Positions 8,225 to 16,829 of a stretch of DNA of 64,000 nucleotides are shown piece after piece. Under the pieces are notes generated by a model, which saw only the letters and a list, made by a program, of their open reading frames with translations, was not told where the DNA came from and searched no databases. Made by a program: the position numbers and the translations under genes. The stretch's first letter is position 1, and each line of letters begins with the position of its first letter. Origin of the DNA: Actinomycetota bacterium (GTDB taxonomy: Bacteria > Actinomycetota > UBA4738 > HRBIN12); the NCBI GenBank assembly GCA_035249905.1, contig DATFFT010000011.1, forward strand, positions 3,502 through 67,501, written 5' to 3'.

Positions 8225-8829
8225 CGACCTCGCCGAGTACCTCCGCGCCGGGCTCCACCGCTCCCGACGAGCAGCCTCCCCGTCGCCGCGCAGGACGCAT
8301 CGCGCTCGTGATCGGGGCGGGGGTGCTGGTGGTCGCGGTCGCGGGGTACGCGCTGCGGCCGACGAGCGATCCCCGGGAGGAGGGGGGCGTCGCCGAGCTC
8401 GAGGAGCCCTTCCCCGGCCTCGAGGGCGAGGCGGTCGTCGGTTCGCCGGTCGACACCGGCGCCATGGACTGGTCCGTGCTGGTCGTGAACGTCTGGGCGA
8501 ACTGGTGCGAACCCTGTGAGCGCGAGCAACCCGCGTTGCTGGACGTGCAGGCCGACTTCGCTTCGCGGGGTGTCGAGTTCGTGGGCGTGAACTACCGCGA
8601 CGATCGCGCCGCGGCAGCGCGATGGATCGAACGGTTCGACGTCGCGTACCCGAGCCTGTACGACCCCGACGGTCGAACGGCGAGCTCGCTCGGTTTCCCA
8701 TTCCTGCCCGACACCTATGTGGTCGATGCCGACGGAACGATGCGCTTCGTCGTCTACGGCGAGACCAACGCCCAGGAGCTGTCGGGTCTGATCGATGAGC
8801 TGCTCGCCGAGCGGACGCCGAGCCGTTAG
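8179..8829 (+). CDS. TlpA/ResA-like thiol-disulfide oxidoreductase (thioredoxin fold, membrane anchored)
   Basis: WCEPC active site in VVNVWANWCEPCEREQP, with an N-terminal anchor IALVIGAGVLVVAVAGYAL. The start is uncertain: ATG 8179 overlaps the cupredoxin gene by 46 nt, and I saw no later in-frame ATG/GTG before the TM segment. Confidence 0.78.
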   Translation: MRRASGHDRHRRGHLTTSPSTSAPGSTAPDEQPPRRRAGRIALVIGAGVLVVAVAGYALRPTSDPREEGGVAELEEPFPGLEGEAVVGSPVDTGAMDWSVLVVNVWANWCEPCEREQPALLDVQADFASRGVEFVGVNYRDDRAAAARWIERFDVAYPSLYDPDGRTASSLGFPFLPDTYVVDADGTMRFVVYGETNAQELSGLIDELLAERTPSR

Positions 8830-10640
8830 ACGATCGCGTCGAGCGCGACGGCGCCGAACAACGCCGCGAGGTACACGATCGAGTAGGTGAACAGGCGCCA
8901 GGACGCGTCGGGTTCAGCGCGACGCCAGAGCACCAGCGCGCGGTAGACGAACACGCCGCCGAGCACGACGGCTGCGCCGAGGTAGAGCGGCCCCATGCCG
9001 GCCACCGGGGCGAGCAGCAGCGTCGTGCCGAACAGCACGAGCGAGTACAGGAAGATCTGCCGCCGGGTTTCGTCGTCCCCCTTGACCACGGGCAGCATCG
9101 GCACGCCGGCCGCCGCGTAGTCGCCACTGAATCGAAGGCTCAGTGCCCAGAAATGCGGGGGGGTCCAGACGAAGACGATCGCGAACAGGATCCAGGCGGG
9201 CCACGCGAGCGAACCCGTGACCGCAGCCCACCCGATCAACGCAGGTGCCGCACCGGCGGCGCCTCCGATCACGATGTTCTGCGTCGTGGAGCGTTTGAGC
9301 CACATCGTGTAGATCACGACGTAGAACGCGATCGCGGCCAGTGACAGCGTCGCGGCGAGCACGTTCACGGTCGACGCCAGGAACAGGAACGAGAACGCCC
9401 CGAGCCAGAACCCGAACGCGAGGGCCCGTTCGGGCGATACCAGGTGGGCCGGGAGCGGCCGGGAGCGGGTCCGGCGCATCACCTCGTCGATGTCGCGGTC
9501 CAGGTACATGTTGATCGCGTTCGCCGCGCCCGCGGCCAGCGACCCACCGACGAGCGTGGCGAGCGCGAGCCAGAGCGGCGGGACCCCGCCCTGTGCGAGC
9601 GCCATGGCGGGCACCGTGGTGATGAGCAGCAGCACGATGATCCTGGGCTTCGTCAGGCGGTAGTAGGCCGTGATCGTGTCACGCACCGACGGCGGCTCGG
9701 CCACCTCCGCCACCGAGTCGGGATCGGGGGGCGGTTCCCGCACGACGGGCTCCCGACGGGCGACGACCGCGAGCGCCACGATCGAGGCCCAGATCGCCGC
9801 CGACGTCGCCACGTGCAACGCGCGAGGCCACGTGGCGAGCGCCGTCACGACGTTGAGGCCGCCGACCCCGATCTGGACCACGAACAGGGCTCCGGCGAGC
9901 GTCGAGAGCCCGACGATGCGTCTCGATCGGACGGGCATCGTCCGAGCCCGCACCGCGAGCCAGAGCGCGAGTGCCGCGACGACGACCGCGAGCACGCGGT
10001 GCGCGAACATCTCCGCGGCGCCCCGTGGCCCGAACGACGGCACGAGCCGCCCGCCCATCAGCGGCCAGTCGCGGAACGCGAGCCCGGCCCCCTCGGCCCG
10101 CACGTAGGTGCCGACGAGGAGCAGGGCGAACGTCGCGAGTGCAGCGAGGGCGGCCAGCCGGGCGTAGCCGCGGTCGCCGGCCGGTTCGTCGCCCTCGAAC
10201 GAGAGGGTGGTGGCCGCGATCAGCACCCCCAGCACGACCATCGCGAGCCCGAAGTGCAGCGTGACCACCGCCGGGTCGAGGGCGCTGTTGACCACCGCGC
10301 CGCCGAGGGCGCCCTGAACCCCGAAGAGCGGCACGAGTGTGACGGCCAGCCAGATCGCTCCGCGCGGGGTCGAGCTCGGTCGGCCGCGTCTCGAGCGCAG
10401 GAGCTCGACGATGCCCACGACCGCCAGCGTCACCGCCAACAGCCCCGAGACCACGCCGAGCAGCCGGTGGGCGTACTCGATCAGCGTGTGGTACTCCCAG
10501 CGCGGCACCCAGCTGCCGAAACACGTCGGCCAGTCGGGGCATCCGTCGCCCGAGCCGGTCGTCCGGACCACGCCGCCCCACGCGATCAGCGCGAGCGTCG
10601 ACGCGGTCGTGGTCACCGCGAGCTTCTGGAACCGGGTCAT
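8826..10640 (-). CDS. ctaB: Fused heme A synthase (CtaA/COX15, N-terminal) and heme O synthase/protoheme IX farnesyltransferase (CtaB, C-terminal)
   Basis: Start taken at ATG 10640 (MTRFQKLAV...); the 154 codons upstream in ORF 8826..11102 are Arg/Ser-rich and not protein-like. The N-terminal half has CPDWPTCFGSW (CtaA). The C-terminal half has NMYLDRDIDEVMRRTRSRPLP and the UbiA-type prenyltransferase pattern (CtaB). Confidence 0.85.
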   Translation of the reverse strand: MTRFQKLAVTTTASTLALIAWGGVVRTTGSGDGCPDWPTCFGSWVPRWEYHTLIEYAHRLLGVVSGLLAVTLAVVGIVELLRSRRGRPSSTPRGAIWLAVTLVPLFGVQGALGGAVVNSALDPAVVTLHFGLAMVVLGVLIAATTLSFEGDEPAGDRGYARLAALAALATFALLLVGTYVRAEGAGLAFRDWPLMGGRLVPSFGPRGAAEMFAHRVLAVVVAALALWLAVRARTMPVRSRRIVGLSTLAGALFVVQIGVGGLNVVTALATWPRALHVATSAAIWASIVALAVVARREPVVREPPPDPDSVAEVAEPPSVRDTITAYYRLTKPRIIVLLLITTVPAMALAQGGVPPLWLALATLVGGSLAAGAANAINMYLDRDIDEVMRRTRSRPLPAHLVSPERALAFGFWLGAFSFLFLASTVNVLAATLSLAAIAFYVVIYTMWLKRSTTQNIVIGGAAGAAPALIGWAAVTGSLAWPAWILFAIVFVWTPPHFWALSLRFSGDYAAAGVPMLPVVKGDDETRRQIFLYSLVLFGTTLLLAPVAGMGPLYLGAAVVLGGVFVYRALVLWRRAEPDASWRLFTYSIVYLAALFGAVALDAIV

Positions 10641-10734
10641 CGAGTCCTCGTCGTCGGGTCTGGCCACGTCCGCGGCCACCGCGTGACCGATGATAGTGGG
10701 GGGCTGCGGGCTGCGGCTGCGAGATACTCCGCGC

Positions 10735-11631
10735 ATGACCGCACCTCCGGCGCCGCGTAGCGAGGTACTCGGGCCGTTCCGCCCCGTCGTCGACGAGGCG
10801 CTCGAGGGATACCTGGCCGAATGCTCGGCGGACCTCACGCGGCGAGACGTCAGAGCCGGCGCGCTCGTCGACGAGATCGCGCGGCTCGTCCGTGCGGGCG
10901 GGAAGCGCCTCAGGCCGGCGTTCTGCTTCTGGGGGTACCGTGCCGCTGGTCCTGCCGGGCCCGCCGCGATCGACGTCGGCGAACCCATCGTGCGGGCGGC
11001 ATCTGCGTTGGAGCTCCTGCACACGATGGCCCTGATCCACGACGATCTGATGGACGAAGCGACCGAGCGCCGGGGCGTGCCGTCGTCGGCTTCGCGCCTC
11101 ACCGGCCTTGCGGCCGACCGGGGCCTGCCCGCCGATCATCTTCGGTTCGGCCGGTCGGCCGCGCTCCTCGCGGGCGACCTCGCGGCCGTTCTCGGCGACC
11201 GGCTGTTGCTCACGAGCGGCTTCGACCCGCAGGCGATCGCCCGGGCGCTCGTTCCGTACCACGAGATGCGCATCGACATGGCCGCGGGTCAGTTCCTCGA
11301 CGTCGCGGGAACGGCAGACGGTCTCGTCGCGGCCTCCGCGGCCAGGTTGAAAGGAGGAAGCTACACGGTTGAGGGGCCGCTCCTGGTGGGGGCGGCGCTC
11401 GCCGGCGATCGCGACGACGTGCGTGAGGCCCTCCGGGCGTTCGGCGCCCCCCTCGGCGAGGCGTTCCAGCTCCGTGACGACCTCCTCGACGGCGAGGCAC
11501 TCCCCGGGGTCGCGCCCTCGGACGTGAACGCTCTCGTGGATCGCGCTCGCGCAGCCCTGCGCGACGCCCCGATCGATCCCGATGCCGCCGCCGGTCTCGA
11601 CGGCCTCGCGAGCCTGGTTGCGATGGCGTGA
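10735..11631 (+). CDS. Polyprenyl diphosphate synthase (short-chain FPP/GGPP synthase type)
   Basis: First and second Asp-rich motifs LIHDDLMDEATERRG and FQLRDDLLD. ATG 10735 chosen; ORF 10690 is an alternative. Divergent from ctaA-ctaB. Confidence 0.85.
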   Translation: MTAPPAPRSEVLGPFRPVVDEALEGYLAECSADLTRRDVRAGALVDEIARLVRAGGKRLRPAFCFWGYRAAGPAGPAAIDVGEPIVRAASALELLHTMALIHDDLMDEATERRGVPSSASRLTGLAADRGLPADHLRFGRSAALLAGDLAAVLGDRLLLTSGFDPQAIARALVPYHEMRIDMAAGQFLDVAGTADGLVAASAARLKGGSYTVEGPLLVGAALAGDRDDVREALRAFGAPLGEAFQLRDDLLDGEALPGVAPSDVNALVDRARAALRDAPIDPDAAAGLDGLASLVAMA

Positions 11632-11638
11632 GGACGGT

Positions 11639-12070
11639 GTGCGGGTGAGCGAGGACCCCGGCGGCCTGCGACGCCGGTTCGGCGACGTCCCGACATGCCG
11701 CGTCGGCACGGTCCGCCCCGACGGGGGACCGCACCTGGCCCCCCGCTGGTTCACCTGGCGCGACGACGGGATCTGGGTCTCGACGCGGGTGGGTGACACG
11801 GTCTGGGAACACGCGGTCCGCGACCCTCGGATCTCGGTGCTGATCGATCGCGGGCGCGATTGGACCGAGCTCGCCGGCGTGCGGGTGGACGGGGTCGCCG
11901 AGGCCTTCCCGGCCGAGCACCCCGATCTGCGAGGTCCGATGTCGGCGTGGCACGAGAAGTACCGTCAGATGTTCGCGCGCGACGGCTTCGAGGGGTTCAC
12001 CCGCGACGTGCCGGCGCTCGGGTTCCTTCGGGTCGTGCCCGCCCGGGTCGACTCGTGGGACCATCGTTGA
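11639..12070 (+). CDS. PPOX-class (pyridoxamine 5'-phosphate oxidase-like, probable F420/FMN-dependent) small oxidoreductase
   Basis: About 143 aa with the family-typical pattern CRVGTVRPDGGPHLAPRWFTWRDDGIWVST...GVRVDGVAE...LRVVPARVDSWD. Start is GTG 11639 or 11645. Confidence 0.62.
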   Translation: MRVSEDPGGLRRRFGDVPTCRVGTVRPDGGPHLAPRWFTWRDDGIWVSTRVGDTVWEHAVRDPRISVLIDRGRDWTELAGVRVDGVAEAFPAEHPDLRGPMSAWHEKYRQMFARDGFEGFTRDVPALGFLRVVPARVDSWDHR

Positions 12071-12143
12071 GCCGCGTTGCCCGCCACGGAGGCTGCGGGT
12101 AGCGTGGGACTGCGCGTTCCGGCGCACTGCGGTAGCCTGACGA

Positions 12144-12161
12144 TTGTGAATCTTTTCACAA
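12144..12161. promoter_or_regulatory. Rex-type operator, TTGTGAA-N4-TTCACAA (also contains a CRP/GlxR-like TGTGA-N6-TCACA core)
   Basis: The sequence TTGTGAATCTTTTCACAA is a perfect 7+7 inverted repeat. It lies 31 nt upstream of the GTG at 12193, in the 122-nt gap preceding the 26-gene respiratory run. Confidence 0.7.
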
Positions 12162-12192
12162 GCTGTGCCCCGAGCGCGCAGGGGGGATCGAC

Positions 12193-13443
12193 GTGAACGC
12201 ACAGCTGGTCGAGACCGATGTGCTCGTGGTCGGGGGCGGGCCCGGTGGCGCGGCGGCCGCGTACTACGCGGCCCGACAGGGGCTCGACGTCACGGTCGTC
12301 GATCGATCGACGTTCCCTCGCGAGAAGGTCTGCGGCGACGGGTTGACCCCTCGTAGCGTCGCCGCCCTGCTCCGGATGGGGGTCGACACCGACGATCCGC
12401 GGTTCGTGCGCGTCCAGGGCCTGCGGGTGTACTCGCGCGACGCCGAGATCGAGCTCCCGTGGCCGGAGCTGTCCAGCTGGCCGGGGTACGGCCTGGTGAT
12501 GCCGCGGGCGGAGTTCGACCACCTGTTGATCCAACGTGCTCAGAAGGCGGGCGCTCGGTTCCTGGAACGGACCGAGGCCGTCGCACCGACGTTCCGGGAG
12601 AGCTGGGTGACCGGCGCCACCGTGCGACCCGCCGACGACAAACAGAGCGAGCCGACCGAGATCCGGGCGCGGTTCACGATCGCCGCCGACGGGGCGGCGA
12701 GCCGGTTCGCGAAACCGGCAGGCGTGCGGCGCGACGGTTCCCGCCCGCTCGGCATCGCGGCGCGCCGCTACTACCGCACCCCGTACGACCCGGGCCCCTG
12801 GTTCGAGTCATGGCTCGACCTCTGGGAGGGCGACCTGCTGCTTCCCGGGTACGGCTGGTTGTTCCCGATGACCGGTGGGCGCATCAATCTCGGGGCGGGC
12901 CTGCTGAACACGTTCAAGGACTTCAAGCAGGTCTCGGCCCAACGTCTGTTCGACGCGTTCGCGACGATGCTCCCCACCGCCTGGGAGATCTCCGAGGAGA
13001 CCGCCGAAGGCAGGGTGCTGTCGGGGCCACTGCCCATGAGCTTCGACCGGACCCCGCAGGCGGTGCCGGGCATGCTGCTGATCGGCGACGCCGCGGGGGC
13101 GGTCAACCCCTTCAACGGGGAAGGCATCGCCTACGCGATGGAGACCGGAGAGGTCGCGGCCGACCTCGTGCACGAGGCACTCGTCAAGGATCGGCCGGGC
13201 ATCACGATGATGTACCCCACCGTGCTTCGCGAGCGGTACGGGGACTACTTCCGGATCGGGCGCGGGTTCGCGAAGATCATCGGCCGCCCGGCGATCATGG
13301 GCCGCGCGACGAGGTACATGCTGCCCAGCCCCCGCGTGATGAGCTTCGCGTTGCGGGTGATGGGCAACCTCAGCGACGGGCCCGACGGCGACCGGCAGGA
13401 TCGCCTCTTCCATCTGATGCAGCGGATCGCGAGGGCGGCGTGA
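12193..13443 (+). CDS. Geranylgeranyl reductase family flavoprotein (menaquinone side-chain reductase MenJ-like)
   Basis: FAD fold DVLVVGGGPGGAAAAYYAARQG, then KVCGDGLTP and LIGDAAGAVNPFNGEGI. Positioned just before nuoA. Confidence 0.85.
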   Translation: MNAQLVETDVLVVGGGPGGAAAAYYAARQGLDVTVVDRSTFPREKVCGDGLTPRSVAALLRMGVDTDDPRFVRVQGLRVYSRDAEIELPWPELSSWPGYGLVMPRAEFDHLLIQRAQKAGARFLERTEAVAPTFRESWVTGATVRPADDKQSEPTEIRARFTIAADGAASRFAKPAGVRRDGSRPLGIAARRYYRTPYDPGPWFESWLDLWEGDLLLPGYGWLFPMTGGRINLGAGLLNTFKDFKQVSAQRLFDAFATMLPTAWEISEETAEGRVLSGPLPMSFDRTPQAVPGMLLIGDAAGAVNPFNGEGIAYAMETGEVAADLVHEALVKDRPGITMMYPTVLRERYGDYFRIGRGFAKIIGRPAIMGRATRYMLPSPRVMSFALRVMGNLSDGPDGDRQDRLFHLMQRIARAA

Positions 13444-13459
13444 CCGATAGGATTCGCGC

Positions 13460-13912
13460 GTGCTGACCGACTACCTGCCGATCGTGGTGATGGCGGCGCT
13501 GGCGGTCCTGTTCGGCGTCGCCTCGCTCGTCGTCTCGCGCATGTTCCGTCCGCACCGGCCGAACCCGGTGAAGCTTTCCGCGTACGAGTCGGGAAACGAC
13601 CCCGTCCGGCTGCCCCGGGGCGAGAAGTTCAGCGTCAAGTTCTACGTCGTCGCGTTGCTGTTCATCATCTTCGACATCGAGGCGATCTTCCTGTTCCCGT
13701 GGGCCGTTCGGTTCCGCCAGCTCGGCCTGTTCGGGCTCGTGGAGATGGCGTTCTTCATCGGGCTGGTGTTCGTGGCCTACGTCTACATCTGGCGGATGGG
13801 CGGGTTCGACTGGGCCGGACGCGCGGAGACCCCGCCCGAGGAACGGACCGGGCGCGCGCACCCCGACCTCGAGCCGGCCCCGCGCGAGGAGGAGACCGCC
13901 GGTGCCCGTTGA
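13460..13912 (+). CDS. nuoA: NADH-quinone oxidoreductase subunit A (with about 35-aa charged C-terminal tail)
   Basis: YESGNDP...[22 protein letters not shown]; first gene of the A-N order. Confidence 0.9.
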   Translation: MLTDYLPIVVMAALAVLFGVASLVVSRMFRPHRPNPVKLSAYESGNDPVRLPRGEKFSVKFYVVALLFIIFDIEAIFLFPWAVRFRQLGLFGLVEMAFFIGLVFVAYVYIWRMGGFDWAGRAETPPEERTGRAHPDLEPAPREEETAGAR

Positions 13913-14420
13913 GCGACTCGAAGGTGTGCACCTGGGCAAGGCCCCCGAGGAGGTGGAGGAAGAAGTCAGGCGCGGTGTGCTGTTGACCACGCTCGACCGG
14001 GCCGTCGGATGGGCTCGGAAGCAGTCGATGTGGCCGGCCACGTTCGGGCTGGCGTGTTGCGCGATCGAGATGATGTCGGCCGGCGCCGGGCGGTACGACC
14101 TTTCACGCTGGGGCATGGAGCTGTTCCGCGCGTCGCCGCGCCAGTCCGACCTGATGATCGTCGCCGGGCGGGTGAGCCAGAAGATGGCGCCGGTCCTGCG
14201 ACGCGTGTACGACCAGATGCCCGAGCCTCGCTGGGTGATCTCGATGGGGGTCTGTGCGAGCGCCGGCGGCATGTTCACGAACTACTCGATCGTGCAGGGC
14301 GTCGACACGATCGTGCCCGTCGACGTGTACGTGCCCGGGTGCCCGCCGAAGCCGGAGATGCTGATGCACGGCATCCTGAAGCTGCAGGAGAAGGTCCGCA
14401 CCACGGAGCCGTTCAAGTGA
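13902..14420 (+). CDS. nuoB: NADH-quinone oxidoreductase subunit B
   Basis: [22 protein letters not shown] and [10 protein letters not shown] (N2 cluster cysteines). Confidence 0.93.
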   Translation: MPVERLEGVHLGKAPEEVEEEVRRGVLLTTLDRAVGWARKQSMWPATFGLACCAIEMMSAGAGRYDLSRWGMELFRASPRQSDLMIVAGRVSQKMAPVLRRVYDQMPEPRWVISMGVCASAGGMFTNYSIVQGVDTIVPVDVYVPGCPPKPEMLMHGILKLQEKVRTTEPFK

Positions 14421-14920
14421 CCCCCGCCGAGCTCGCCGAGCGCGTGCGGTCCCGGTGCCCAGACACGGTCGTGGCCCGCGGCGACGTGTCGACGATCGTC
14501 GACCGAGACGACCTGCTGGAGACGCTCGCGTGGCTCCGAGACGACGACGACCTCTCGCTCGGCTTCTGCTGCAGCGTCACGGCGACCGACTGGCCGGGAT
14601 CGGACCCGCGGCTGTGGGTGGCCTACGAGCTGCGCTCGATCGAACACCGGCACCGGCTTCGCGTGAAGGTCGGACTGGCCGAGGGCGACGCGCACGTGCC
14701 GAGCGTGTCGTCGCTGTACCCGACCGCGAACTGGCACGAGCGGGAGACGCACGACTTCTACGGCATCGTGTTCGACGGCCACCCCAACCCGCGCCCCTTG
14801 ATGCTGCCCGATGGGTGGGAGGGCTTCCCCTTGCTGAAGACCGAGGAGCTGGGTGGCGTGAACACCCGTTACAAGGGAGCGTTCATCCCGCCCGTCGACA
14901 CCCGGACGACGACGACCTGA
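14417..14920 (+). CDS. nuoC: NADH-quinone oxidoreductase subunit C
   Basis: GTG 14417 overlaps the nuoB stop (GTGA). Motif [23 protein letters not shown]. Confidence 0.9.
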   Translation: MTPAELAERVRSRCPDTVVARGDVSTIVDRDDLLETLAWLRDDDDLSLGFCCSVTATDWPGSDPRLWVAYELRSIEHRHRLRVKVGLAEGDAHVPSVSSLYPTANWHERETHDFYGIVFDGHPNPRPLMLPDGWEGFPLLKTEELGGVNTRYKGAFIPPVDTRTTTT

Positions 14921-14931
14921 GGGGATCCGAG

Positions 14932-16242
14932 ATGGCCGACGCTCCCACCCCCTCCGCCTCCGGCCGGCAGACCGGGATCGACGCGGGTCCCGGCGAGGCG
15001 TACGTCGACGAGCGCACGGGTGAGCTCCGACAGGAGACGATGATCATCAACATGGGGCCGCAGCACCCCTCGACGCACGGGGTGCTCCGGCTGCTGTTGG
15101 AGCTCGACGGCGAGACCGTGATCGGATGCACGCCGATCATCGGGTACCTGCACACCGGCATCGAGAAGAACACCGAGTACCGCACGTGGATGCAGGGCGT
15201 GACCTACGTGACGCGGGCCGACTACCTCTCCCCGTTCTTCAACGAGCTCGGATACTGCCTCGCCGTCGAGCGGCTGCTCGGCATCGAGGCGCCTCCTCGC
15301 GCCCAGGTGATCAGGGTGCTGATGAACGAGCTGAACCGCATCTCGTCGCACCTCGTATGGCTCGCGACCGGTGGCATGGAGCTGGGCGCCGTGAGCGTGA
15401 TGCTCTACGGCTTCCGTGAACGCGAGCTGCTGCTCGACATCTTCGAGGAGGCCACCGGCCTGCGCATGAACCATGCGTACATCCGGATCGGCGGGGTGAT
15501 CATGGACCTTCCCGACGAGGGCGTCCCGCACATCGAGCGGTTCCTCGAACAGATGCCGGCGCGCATCGACGACTACGAGCGGCTGCTCGACGAGAACCCG
15601 ATCTGGCTCGAGCGGAACGTCGGCGTGGGGACGCTCTCGGCCGACGATGCGCTCGCCCTCGGCGTCACGGGCCCCATGCTGCGCGCGGCCGGCGTGGCGA
15701 CCGACGTGCGCAAGGACGAGCCCTACTGCGGGTACGAGACCTACGACTTCAAGGTGCCGGTGGGAACGGGGGCCGACGCGTACACGCGCTACCGCCTGCG
15801 CATCGAGGAGATGCGCGAATCGATGAAGATCGTGCGCCAGTGCCTCGATCGGCTAGAGCCGGGCCCCGTGATGGTGCAGGACCCGAAGGTCGCATGGCCC
15901 GCGAAGCTGTCGGTGGGTCCCGACGGCATCGGCAACGACCCCGCGTACGTCCGCCACATCATGGAGGAGTCGATGGAGGCCCTGATCCATCACTTCAAGA
16001 TGGTGACCGAGGGCGTCGAGGTCCCGTCCGGCGAGGTGTACCAGGCCGTGGAGTCGCCGCGGGGAGAGCTCGGCTTCTACGTCGTCTCCGACGGCGGGCA
16101 CCGTCCCTACCGGGTGAAGATCCGCGACCCCTCGTTCGTGAACCTGCAGGCGGTCCCGGCGATGGTCGAAGGCTCGCTCGTCGCCGATACGATCGCGACG
16201 ATCGCATCGCTCGACCCCGTGATGGGCGGGGTGGACCGCTGA
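14932..16242 (+). CDS. nuoD: NADH-quinone oxidoreductase subunit D
   Basis: ATG 14932 in frame in ORF 14455..16242. Motifs [18 protein letters not shown] and a C-terminal DPVMGGVDR. Confidence 0.93.
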   Translation: MADAPTPSASGRQTGIDAGPGEAYVDERTGELRQETMIINMGPQHPSTHGVLRLLLELDGETVIGCTPIIGYLHTGIEKNTEYRTWMQGVTYVTRADYLSPFFNELGYCLAVERLLGIEAPPRAQVIRVLMNELNRISSHLVWLATGGMELGAVSVMLYGFRERELLLDIFEEATGLRMNHAYIRIGGVIMDLPDEGVPHIERFLEQMPARIDDYERLLDENPIWLERNVGVGTLSADDALALGVTGPMLRAAGVATDVRKDEPYCGYETYDFKVPVGTGADAYTRYRLRIEEMRESMKIVRQCLDRLEPGPVMVQDPKVAWPAKLSVGPDGIGNDPAYVRHIMEESMEALIHHFKMVTEGVEVPSGEVYQAVESPRGELGFYVVSDGGHRPYRVKIRDPSFVNLQAVPAMVEGSLVADTIATIASLDPVMGGVDR

Positions 16243-16829
16243 TGGCGATCTTCGAAGGCGAGCGGCTCGACGAGGCGCGAGCGATCATGGCCCGGTACCC
16301 AGACGGCCGCCGGCGGTCGGCCGTGATGCCGCTGCTCTACCTGGCGCAATCGGTCGAAGGGTCGGTCACGCGCGATGCGCTGCGCGAGATCGCCGAGCTG
16401 ATCGGCGTGCGAACCGCCGAGATCGAGGCGGTCGCCACGTTCTACACGATGCTTCGCCCGCGCCCGACGGGCACCCATCTGATCGCGGTGTGCACGAACC
16501 TGTCGTGCGCGCTGCTGGGCGGCAACGATCTGCTGGAGGCGGCCCACGAGGCGACCGGTGTCCCGGTCGGTGGGGAGATCAGCGACGACGGCGAGTTCAG
16601 CGTGCACGAGGAAGAATGCCTCGGCGTCTGCGAGCTTGCCCCGGTGATCCAGGTCAACGTCGCGAACCACGATCGCGTGACGCCCGAGCGCGTGCGCGAG
16701 ATCGTCGGGTCCCTGCGCTCGGGCGACGTTCCCGAGCCGGCCAGAGGGCCGGCGGTCGAGAGCTTCAAGGCGGCGTCGCGCATCTTGGCCGGGCTCGAAC
16801 CCCTGGCCGAGGAGGGGGCGACCGCGTGA
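16242..16829 (+). CDS. nuoE: NADH-quinone oxidoreductase subunit E
   Basis: ATG 16242 overlaps the nuoD stop by 1 nt (TGATG). 2Fe-2S cysteines in VCTNLSCALLGG and ECLGVCELAP. Confidence 0.9.
   Translation: MAIFEGERLDEARAIMARYPDGRRRSAVMPLLYLAQSVEGSVTRDALREIAELIGVRTAEIEAVATFYTMLRPRPTGTHLIAVCTNLSCALLGGNDLLEAAHEATGVPVGGEISDDGEFSVHEEECLGVCELAPVIQVNVANHDRVTPERVREIVGSLRSGDVPEPARGPAVESFKAASRILAGLEPLAEEGATA

Noticed and set aside
10641-11102. 154-codon N-terminal extension of the ctaA-ctaB ORF.
   Set aside because: The extension is Arg/Ser/Ala-rich, overlaps the divergent polyprenyl synthase gene, and precedes a clean MTRFQKL... start followed immediately by the first CtaA helix.
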